A DNA stretch of 64,000 nt, taken from assembly GCA_964247055.1 (NCBI GenBank), contig OZ176051.1, positions 9,920,001 to 9,984,000 on the forward strand. The letters are read 5' to 3'. The notes under the pieces were generated by a model. It made no database searches. It saw nothing but the letters and a program-made list of their open reading frames with translations, and was not told where the DNA came from. The position numbers were made by a program, and so were the translations under genes. Numbering within the stretch: position 1 is the first letter of the stretch; each line of letters opens with the position of its first letter. Below are positions 27,601 through 38,090 of this stretch, piece by piece. This stretch comes from Paragordius varius (lineage: Eukaryota; Animalia; Nematomorpha).

Positions 27601-30600
27601 AAATCAAATTTTGTTTAAAATTATTATAATACTGAAAAAATAATAAACTATGCCATAAAAATATAGTTCATATTAATGATGAGTTATATTAGCCAAAAAA
27701 CACATAATTCATTTTTAGGGTGAAATTGAATTATTCGAGGGTGAATTTAAAATGTTCAAGGGTAAATTTGAATTGTTTGAGGGTGAATTTGAATTGTTCA
27801 ACGGTGAACTTGAATTGTAAATGGTATACTATAAATCGGGCCTACCTTGCCAGCTACATCAATAATTTTTTGGACCGGCATTTTTTGTAAACATTCCACC
27901 ATTTTTTTATGATCGATATTTTCGTTGTCCGGACACTGAAGTTCGCGTGACACATAATCGATGGGATCAAACACTTTGGAATTTCTTGCTTCTTCTAACG
28001 AAGCTATGGAACCGCCTTGTGCAATGGCCGCATCAAACAAACCTATGACCATATTTTAAAAACATTTTGGAAATTATGATGGAAGAATGTATGTTATTTC
28101 ACATAATCTTTTGTATTATAAATTTGGGATGGTTTTTAGATTAATTACTGGATTTGTCTAAAAAACATAACTAGCGTTATAAGTCGATAGTGGTACACCA
28201 TTTAAAATTTATAGATGTATTGAGCAAACTCATATTTTTGCTTAAAAATTTGATCTAACTAAATGAAATTAACAAATAAATTTTGGGGGATCGAAAACTT
28301 TTTTACCACATGCTCTTTTTTGACCAGATATATCAACATTGATAACCGCGGTTGCAAAAATACAATACAAACCTCAATTATTGACATATCCTATTTCACA
28401 TCAATCCAAAATTATTTTTTACGTTTTACAATACATAGCCTACAACATCATATCTGAATATTAAAAAATGAACGAAATAAATAAACCAAATAATGTAAAA
28501 TCGTTTGGAGCTGTAAAAACCATTCCACTCAGAATAATTTCTTTTCAAATAAATCAAACAGAATCTGTTAAAAAATGATTTGGAACCACCGAAAACGGTT
28601 AGTGTTCCAATACCTTAAAATTTTATTTAAAATATACCATTTACAGCTCAAATTCACCCTCGAAGAATTCGATTACCCCTAAACATTTCAAATTCACCCT
28701 TAATTAATTCAAAACCTTAAATATGGATTATAATTTTTTGGGTTGATGTAACTCAAGCAATATGAATTATAACTTATGACATAGTTGATATTTTTTCTCC
28801 AGTTAATTTTATTTTCAAAAATATTAAAAAAGATAGGTATTTAATTCAAAAAAATTTAATTTTAGGGTGAATTGAATCCGAATTTTTTGATGAGAAATAT
28901 AAAATGTTCCAGACATGAATCGTTCAAAGGTTATGATGATTGCAAAAAAAATATATTTTATAGATACCTCTGGCGTGAGGTATTGTCAACAAAAGTTTGA
29001 CACTCGTGGCACCACTCCCTTGCCCAAAAATGGTTATTCTATCAGGATCTCCGCCAATGTTTGCAATGTTATCTTTTATCCAGGTAAGGGCAGCGATTTG
29101 ATCATGTATTCCACAATTTCCACATGCCGTAGAGGTATTGGTTTGACCCAAAAAACCTGACATAGATAATAAATTATTGTTGTTTATATAAGGAATAAAA
29201 CCTTTTTACTTTTCCTCTTTGAGAGAAAATATATTATACCCTTAAAACTTAGGCTTTTTTAACTCCCAATAATATTTATTTTATAAAAAATTGGCAAAAA
29301 TCTAAATTTGTTTTGAAGATCTGTCACCCATTAATACTGTTCTTACGAATAAATTCTTTGTGGGGAAAAATTTTAAATATAGTAAATTTAATAATTGTAT
29401 CCTCACCCAAAACTCCCAAACGATAATTCACAGTTATAACTATAACGTGAAATCGGGCTGCTAATACGTAAGCCGGATAATAGTTTCCAGATCCCGCAAG
29501 GAAAAAACCACCATGAATATAGACCATTACAGCAAATTTTTCATTTTCGGTCGCATTGGCATCCTAAAAATTATGAACTCTAAGTTATAAAGTTTATTAC
29601 ATGCCTAATAAAATAAATTATTTTACAAAAATATTTAAAGTTAAGTACCATGTTTTTTTGGAGATTTAAATAAGATAGAAATCATTTTTAAATATATGTT
29701 TTCATTAAACCTCTAGTTTGCCTTATAAAGTTGGATTTTCTCGATGAAATAAATTGGATTTAAAAACTAGTTTAACGGTTAATATAAAGTATAAAAAACA
29801 TCGTGGTAGTTTAATGTGAAAGCTTATAGAAAAAAGCGGTATTACTTATATAAAAATCTCTTTACGGTGTAAAAATTTAACTGGTTATAAACTTACATGG
29901 TCCCATTTGATAAATATCAAATCTTTTTATAAATCCATTTTATTCTATAGTAGATAAAACTTATTGTTAACTGATCCTAAAGACGATTGTACAGCAAATG
30001 ATAACTATAACTTGGAAGTTAGACTTCATCAAACCATTTAAATAAATAACCAAAATTTTCGATAATTTACAATGCCGTAATCATAGAATCTGGTTTAAGC
30101 TGCTTAAAAAATAAAGATTTGTTCTAATTTCGTTTCATTTATCATTAAATATTTTTAATTTATACTCAAATTTTTAGTTTATATTTTAATTTTATTTTTT
30201 ATATTTGACAAAGATTACTTGTAGTAATCGAATATTTACTCTAAAAAATTCATTCAATTATAGCTGAATTATAATTGTAATAATATAATCGATCAAGATA
30301 TCATTAGGATGAAGCATGTGAAACTTATATAAGTAAATCCACTACATTGTCAGCAGATAATCTAATTAATGCTCATAAATCACAGAAATTTTGTTAAACC
30401 TCAAAAAATAGTACACAATAATAAATTATCCATTATGATTAAGTAGATTTATGTGCGTTATAAATAATTGCAATTACGTAATTAAAGTTAAAAGTGTAGC
30501 ATAGCGCTTACATGAGATTTAGGGACATAGATATTAAGGTAGAGACAATCTTCATTCCCCAGAATTTGCTTAGTAACAGGCTGGTATTGATAACATGTTG

Positions 30601-31136
30601 GGGGTAACTCTGTTGCCATACGGACATCGCCATCATATGGTTTGGGAGCTTTTGGTTCCTAATGCAATTATAATTATTGACATTAAATATGATTTAACAT
30701 TTTTTTCGTAGAACAAGTATAAAAAATGCACAATCGATATGAAATGTGGCAAAAATTTAGATGGCTTAATTAGATAAATAGAGAAATATTCATAGAAATA
30801 CGAATATTTTTGCTCATAGTTAGGGGCTTAATATTAATGTGGTATGTAATTAAAATGAAACAATGTTATACAATCCCCCTTAAAGAACAGTTTAATTAAT
30901 AATTATAAGCCTTTATACTCCCGTTTTTTTTTAAAAAAGTTATCCCAAAACTAATTCAAGTGTTTCTCATTAATCTTCAATGGCACTTAATAAAGAGTTT
31001 AATTTAAATTGGGGAAAATAATAATAGGATTAATTATAATGTGTGCAGTAATAAATGATCCAAAAAGTCTAAATATTGATTTTAATTTATTTTATTCCAA
31101 ATTAATGCTTTAGTCAATAATAAATGGATAATTTTT

Positions 31137-31172
<36 letters not shown>

Positions 31173-32341
31173 TATATTAATATATGTAAGAGTTAGTAGG
31201 AAACAGCCAATTTTGATTTTTATTGATAAAAATCAAAATATTTTGTCTGTACGTAATATCTAAGATAACTAAATATATATTAAATGAAATTAATTTAACT
31301 ATTTAAGTCAATAACATAAAAAACTTTTAAAATCGTGACTCCAACATAATTAGACATGTAAATTATTTTCATAATAATTCTTGAAATAACTAATGTTGAT
31401 CAAATAAAAACCCAAATTTTTTAACTATATCCTTGTGAAATCGAAGAAAATGCTCAGTAACCAAATATAAATGATGATATAGAATTAAATTTTAAATTGA
31501 TAATTCCTTAAAATGATAGAAATTCATTTTTAAAATTAACTGGTAAATAGAATTTTATGGTATTATAAATAAATAAAACATAATAAAGTTGTTCAAAGTA
31601 ATACGAATGTCAAGGTAACAGCGTATAGCTTAAAGAAAAAGAAAAATATTTTTTAGCGGTAAAAATTATATCAAAATTTGTATATATAGTCAAAATAAGT
31701 TATTATTAAAGCAAATAACAAATAAATTTGTACTTATATATATATAAATATAAAAATGTATAAAATTAAAATATGATTAATTTTATTGAAAAAAAAAACC
31801 AGAACTCCATAAAATTATAAATATTTAGATAGATATAAAAGGTGACATAATATTGATATTTTAATTTCAAAGATAATAGCTGATTAATAGGGATTATCCA
31901 ATAAGAATAGGTTTGATGAAAAATAAACAGTTTAATATCACTAACTACGAATACTTGATTGCACTCGATTTAAGAGATCCTTAAATAGCATATAAATTAT
32001 AGAGGTATGATGTAATTTAAAACTTGAAATCGCAAGGAACCAAGAGGTGGCTCAGCATAAGGAACTCCCATAAAAACTGTGACCTCTTCGCCCCCAGGCA
32101 CAGTTATAATTTTGCCTTTTAGTGTGCCTTCATGCGTTTGGAAAAGTGTTGATGAACCCTTTTTGGTTATTGGTTTGTTGGGAAGTGGTGAGTTGAGCAA
32201 TGTATTTTTAATGTTATTCCTGGAAATTTCATTTGTGATAACTAAATTTTCCCGGGGTAAATCAATTGATTGACCGAAATTGGAAGGAAACAATGTTGTT
32301 AACCAGAATATAAGACAAATAACATAAATATGTTGACCCAT
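24610..32341 (-). CDS. Cholinesterase-like type I membrane protein (neuroligin/gliotactin-like), predicted non-catalytic, ~700 aa
   Basis: Exons (minus): 32341-32024, 30658-30512, 29563-29407, 29156-28968, 28042-27846, 27089-26909, 26120-25912, 25732-25582, 25292-25100, 24976-24610. Has a signal peptide, [56 protein letters not shown], a hydrophobic TM segment [22 protein letters not shown] and a basic stop-transfer RRRRKK. Confidence 0.92.
27478..27824. mobile_element. MITE family A (TIR CCATTTACAATTCAAATTCACCC built of 21-bp subrepeats), intronic
   Basis: Inverted termini flanked by TA on both sides. The right arm has five 21-bp units of type gggtgaatttgaattgttcaa. Confidence 0.85.
28637..28880. 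mobile_element. MITE family A copy, right end degenerate
   Basis: ta|ccatttacagctcaaattcaccctcg at left and tttagggtgaattgaa at right. Confidence 0.7.
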
Positions 32342-32909
32342 TTATATAGGAATATCGAATATTAAATTAAAAAAGAATAAATGTTGTGTAAGAAGATTTA
32401 TTATATGAAGTGTATTGAATATATATTTTGATGATATATTTAGATTCCTATTGTCATTTTTATTTCAAAATCGATAATTATTGGGCATCCGCGCTTAAAA
32501 AATTAAATTAACGTTAACACAATAAGAACGAAAAATGTTTATTCATTTTCATTTAAATTTAATATATAATTGAAGAGCGCCTTTACCAATGTAATAAAGC
32601 ATAATAAAAAATATTATTGTAATTGCGCATTCTTTTCACCTAAAGCCATTTATTGTCCTTAAAAAATATATTATAATATATAAAAAACTAATTATAATAC
32701 ATATTATATATATTTCCATAACTCTTTATGATTAAAAACATCAATGTTGATTTGTGGGAAACAAATGAATCAATCAATCGCATAATTTTTTTGGCAGAAA
32801 TGCCGTGTCAAAACCTTGATTATTATATTTATACATTCATTTTTATCACTGATACTTTTTTATTTCTATTTTAAAATACATTATCTTAATTTTTTTGGTA
32901 TTAATTTAA

Positions 32910-33209
32910 ATGTACGGAGGCCAGCAATATGTACAGTTGGGAGATGTACCAGTACCTATGGTTTGTCCAAATTGTCGAAATCAAATTGTCACTCGAATAA
33001 GGCAAGTCGATAGTCAATGTTGTAGACCAACCACGGCTGGAAGTACTTCAGGTGTATGTTTATGTTGTCTCCCTATCCCAGGATTTTATTGTCCAATCCC
33101 AATCCCTATACCTTGTTATTCACCTTGTGCTTGTGGGAATCAAACTACGTTAGAACATTCATGTCCAGTCTGTGGTTTTGTCATAGGCAATGCCGTTATG
33201 AATTATTAA
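32910..33209 (+). CDS. LITAF-like: LITAF-domain (zinc-binding CPxC...HxCPxC) protein, 99 aa, apparently one exon
   Basis: PVPMVCPNCRNQIVT at the N side and EHSCPVCGFVIG at the C side bracket a Cys/Pro-rich hydrophobic segment. An upstream exon cannot be excluded. Confidence 0.82.
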   Translation: MYGGQQYVQLGDVPVPMVCPNCRNQIVTRIRQVDSQCCRPTTAGSTSGVCLCCLPIPGFYCPIPIPIPCYSPCACGNQTTLEHSCPVCGFVIGNAVMNY

Positions 33210-33336
33210 AAAAATTAAATAACTCAGAAACTATAGCATATATCTAAATACACGGTTTTGCATAATACAGCTCAACTCAACTTTATTGGAATTTATTAAC
33301 ATTTATTACAAATGTATTGGCACATCTCATTACAAT

Positions 33337-33794
33337 TTATTTATATGGATTTGTGTAATATTCTTCTTCTAGTTCATATAAATTGGATATCATTTCTTCC
33401 TTGATTATACCTAGTTTTTCTTCAATATTTTGTTTCATATCCTCAAACGCCGTTATATTAGATGAGATACTTTGATTGATAGATCGAAAATCGTTCAAGA
33501 TATATAGTTCTTTGATATTTTTTACTAAATTTATCAGGGATTGACCAGCCCTTAACTAAATAAAATCAATATTTACCATATTGGCTGCCCTAACTTGTGT
33601 TTCAAATAACTCTTCTTCATTCTGCACGATTTTAGATGATTGTCCATAATCTTCGGACTTATATTATTAAATTTAATTACTTTAGCAGTTTTGATAATTT
33701 CACTCATATTGTCCAGCAAAGAATTTACATTGTCTTTCAAATCTCTCTTCATAGCCAATATAAGCGTTTCTTTGTTTTGGGGCTTTAGGGACAT
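33337..33794 (-). CDS. MED22: Mediator subunit 22, 137 aa
   Basis: Exons (minus) 33794-33681, 33657-33577, 33555-33337. Encodes KETLILAMKRDLKDNVNSLLDNMSEIIKTAK...[32 protein letters not shown]...LYELEEEYY. Confidence 0.95.
33556..33576 (-). other. 21-nt GT-AG intron (MED22 intron 2), shortest in window
   Basis: GTAAATATTGATTTTATTTAG, phase 0. If retained, the acceptor TAG is an in-frame stop; removal restores [13 protein letters not shown]. Confidence 0.92.
33658..33680 (-). other. 23-nt GT-AG intron (MED22 intron 1)
   Basis: GTAATTAAATTTAATAATATAAG. Removal restores the frame IKTAK-SEDYG. Confidence 0.92.
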
Positions 33795-34639
33795 TTAAAT
33801 CCGTATGTTTTACAGATATCTGTATGCATAAGAGCAAATGACCGTTTTATATGCGTTACCACGTTTATTTAGGGATAATAACCCTGATGCGATTTCATAT
33901 AGAAATATTAAATTCACACCCTTGACATTTTAAAAAATTAGGTGTATTAAATGTTTATACTTTTTCTGTTGCATAAAATAGGGCGGTATAAATATCTCAT
34001 GAATACACACTGCGCTCAAAATCAGGGGTGAAATCCTGGTTATATATATATATAGATGAACCTGTATCAGGGTGCTTTAGGTTTCGGCCCTTACGATTGT
34101 TAAGAAGATTTTGACACTTTTGTAGTATGTGCTCCACTTATGAAAATGACAAAATTTGCGCACATTTTGTTAAATAAATTTTTTTGGTAAAACTAAATTG
34201 CTTCATTTCAAAAAATATCGATATATAAAAAGCAAAATACTATTTTTATAAAATTCTAATTAGTTCCGAGAGTCCTATTTTTTTAAATCTTCTAAAATAG
34301 GCTAGTTTTTTATAAAAGTAAAAATACCGAGAGTTGCGCGATAAATTTTCAGATGGCTCAATTTCCTCAAAAAGATTAATGCCTTTCATTTGGATAAAAC
34401 GTATTCATTTCAAATTTGATATAAATTGGGGTAGTTAGCTACCCAAGGTGGATTAAAATTAAATACTTTAAAAAATATGGATGGTATAACTTTTCACGTA
34501 TATAACAATATAGACAAAAATTCATTCAAAAATATTTATGTCTTCGAAGTGTGGAACTTTTTTTCAATACTAAATTTTAATTACATATTTAGGCTTATTT
34601 ACACAGTGTTATAAAATCGGAGTCTTAAAAAAATATCCT

Positions 34640-35560
34640 GATGACATGTATTTTAGAATATATGTATCAGGAATCCATAGTGCTATTGATTTTGGGTCTT
34701 ACGAGAGGAAATATGTTATTTACACTTTTGTGGCAGATGCTCCATATCAGAAAATGGCAATTGCACATTTTTTGTTATATAAATTTTTTAGCTTCATTCC
34801 AAAAACTATAATATATTATAAACTACTTTTAACACTTCGATTCAAATTGGGGTATCCAAATACCCCAGACCAAATTAAAATTAATATTTTTACAAAACTA
34901 CTGAAGAAAACGGTCCCAATTTAAATTTATGCTTATAACCTGATAAATATTATATAAATATGCCAAAATATCTTGATAAAATTTTGTTTTGAAAAAAAAG
35001 CTCCATCTCAAACTACTTCGACGCCATTTTTATTTTACAAAATTTTTGCAAAATAGCGTCTTTTTTTGATTTTAAGGGTAAAACTAAAGCTAATTTTTAT
35101 ATAAATTACATCTAATATTGAAAGATATAGAAAAAGCGGTTTAGTTTGTATAATTTTTCAATTTTAAAATTTGACATATGTCATGTTGACGAAATTTTTA
35201 CCTTTCGGTTTTAGCCTAAAATAAGTAATATCAAGTATTTTTGAATAAAATTTTTTATATATTTTGGTTTATTAATGTTAGATAAGTGCAAAATTTTGCC
35301 ATGGTTTCGATTCCTTCTATATTTTTTGAAGAATTTAATTTTAAACAGGCCTGGGGTATCCAACTACCCCAATTTGAATCGAAGGACTAAAATGAGTGTG
35401 TTGTATTCAAGTGTTAATATAAAAAATGATTCCAACAAAATTATTTTTAAATGTGGAGTCCGAATGTCCCAATTTTTTGCTCTAAAAAGAATTTGTTTTT
35501 TTAAAACCCAAAAATTGCGCGATAAAATTTTTAAATATGCTAAATGATATCAAAAAAATA
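34640..35560. repeat. Degenerate inverted-repeat/MITE cluster
   Basis: cttcgattcaaattggggtatccaaataccccag (~34835-34868) is mirrored by ctggggtatccaactaccccaatttgaatcgaag (~35351-35384). A family B TIR motif lies at 34660-34750. Boundaries approximate. Confidence 0.5.
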
Positions 35561-35839
35561 TATTTATAAAAATACATACTTCTATATAAATGTATACTTT
35601 TAAAAAAATTTGATAATTTTGTGGTAGCGTACTTCCTACTAATTTAAGGAATGATGGAAACGGAATAAAAATGTTTGATATTATATAAACACTTTTTCTA
35701 TATAATTTAATGAGCTAATTCTATCGCTTCGAATTATAATTTATGGCGTTTACTTTTAAATTTTGGGGAATTATATAAGTGTAGAGTTAACATGAGAAAT
35801 AATACTATTTTATTTTTGCATACTAAGATAATTTACTCT

Positions 35840-38090
35840 TTAACCTACCATCTTTCTTTAGCCTGATATCAATCGGGAAGTTTCGGGATCGGATCGGGTA
35901 CCGATGAGTGGTAATACGGGAAGCTTCACTTGTTTGTCTGGGATTAACTTGAATCTGATACCGCCTTTAGACGCAAGTACATTTCAGGGGTTTATATTTC
36001 GTGTTCCGTGGGCTGTATTCGGATGTTATGTTGTTGTTTGGGTTTCTTATGATGCGTGCGGCATGATGCCTATTATGTTAGAAATATGATGGTTGATATC
36101 GCTGCTTTACCCAAAGTTTTATTCTTTTCCTCCTTTCTGTCGCTTGGGCATTGGTCAGCATGTTTGAAAACTTTGTCGTTTACGTTGAACGATCTCCACA
36201 CTGTCCCTCTCTCCAACCAGTACTCAATTCCTTCTTGATATATATCTTTTGCCCCTTTTCAAACTCCCGCGGAATGTCGGGCATATCCATAAACTTGTGT
36301 TTGTTTCATCTAAGTTAAAGGACTTTGGACACCTCGTTATAAAAAGGGGTGCGCAGGAGTTTGCTTTGATGATTTGTGATGGATGTTGCTGTAGGTTAAA
36401 AAATTCTATTTAATCTTCGTTCTGGATCGGATGGAAATCGACTTAAAAAAGTTTTAGGTATAAATTATTACCACATTTATTTGGGTGGTAAGTAGCGGAG
36501 GCTCTATGCAATATTAAAATTTGTGGCTTAACTTTCTCTGAATTAGTCTATCTCCAACAAATAATAACCCATAAGGAATTAGGGGTTATACGGAGGCAAG
36601 AAACTCTCTGGCAGATCAAGTACTCAGTTATATCGAATCATGCGTTGCTTTCAATACCATTTTTGTTTGTTACCCGCTGATTTCTCTCCCCCATAAAATG
36701 TTTAGGGATGGGATGAATTTTGAATGAAAATTACGCGAACCCAAAATTAATTCTATTACAATTATATATGAGGAGGGTGTATGGCAGCTATCATAAAATA
36801 ATAGGACCTAATATCCCATAGATTGTTGGGAGAGTTTTATTTTATCACTGCCCAGTTTTAAACCAATTTTTTCTAATTTAATAAATAACTGAATTAAGAT
36901 TTTCTAATGCTTTGTGTCGGCTTAGCCTGACGCTATAACGTCGTTTAAATAGACATCGGGGTCTGTTTCTTGTAAATCACTCATTATTTGTTGAAAGAAA
37001 GAGCGTAATTTTAACTGAAAGGCATTTGTTTCTAATTAAAGAACCCCTTATGAGTAGAAATCGTTAACAGTTGTTAGCAATCTGGGTGTACGAAATATAC
37101 ATCTTTTTAATCTAGCGTCGAGGCGATTAGCCAAATTAAATTTTTGAGATAAGGTCGTTAAAGGTTCGGATTATGTATTGAGGTGTTTTATGTGTGGGTT
37201 TATACCTATTGTAAAATCAGAGCCTATTCTAAGCTGCTTATTTTTTTTGAAACATTAATAGGACTAAACCAAACAATTCGTGTCTTTTTGGATCAACAGG
37301 TTATATTAAGTTTACCTAATCTAGTTTTCTCGCCTTCCACTTTGTTCTGCAATGATTGTAGCACCTTCTGTATCTAAAAAATATTTTAATGGGTTTACCT
37401 TTACTGCAGCCACCTCTTCATTAACTCAAAGCGCGACGGAAATATATTTTTTAAGAGGGAGGAAATTTTTACATCGGCGTCAACTAATGGTATACCATAT
37501 ACAATTTAAATTCACCCTTAACCAATTCGAATTCACAATCGAACAATTCAAATTCACTCTTGAACAATTCAAATTCACCCTAAAAATAAATTATGTTTGT
37601 GTAAAATATTTCTTAATGGCATAATTTATTATTTTTTAGCATTATTTAAATTTTAACGAGAGTTTTATATTTTCAAAATATAAAAAATACAAGTAATTTT
37701 TAATTTAAAAACACCTAATTTATTTTAGGGTAAATTTAAATTGTTCGAGGGTGAATTTGAATTGTCAAAAGGTGAATTTGAATTAACCAAGGGTGAATTT
37801 GAATTGTAAATGGTAATTGATCGACGGTAATTTGAATTATTCAAGGGTGTATTTGAACTCTAAATGGTATATATTGTCGATTGCACGGAGACAAAATATT
37901 ACATTTTATTAATGTTTTCAATACTCCCGAAGGCTACATGTTTTCAAATTCTTGTCGTGATTGCGACGTTCTTTACTTCCGAATTACTCATAATGTATGT
38001 AATATAATTTGTAAAATCGACATTTGGAATAAAAGAAGATATGTTTATTTTATCCATGGTCTGGATGTTACAGCGCCAGTTTTATAAACG
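35840..38090 (-). pseudogene. Decayed Ty3/Gypsy (K02A2.6-like) pol remnant: RT fragment, integrase and C-terminal tail, interrupted by a MITE
   Basis: Minus-strand fragments across stops and frameshifts: IQTMDKI..IPNV and FGSKERRNHDKNLK (RT), KVLQSLQN, ILHRASATYHP, FLTYSNIHHKSSKQTPA, REFEKGQKIYIKKELSTGWREG, VNDKVFKHADQ, HRYPIRSRN. Order matches Gypsy pol. No LTR pair found. Confidence 0.7.
37495..37867. mobile_element. MITE family A copy with duplicated right terminus
   Basis: ta|ccatatacaatttaaattcaccc at left. The right TIR ends once at 37813 and again at 37867, each followed by TA. Confidence 0.8.

Noticed and set aside
31141-31175. (TA)n microsatellites here and at ~2786, ~3681 and ~15818
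   Set aside because: Ordinary simple repeats in AT-rich DNA.
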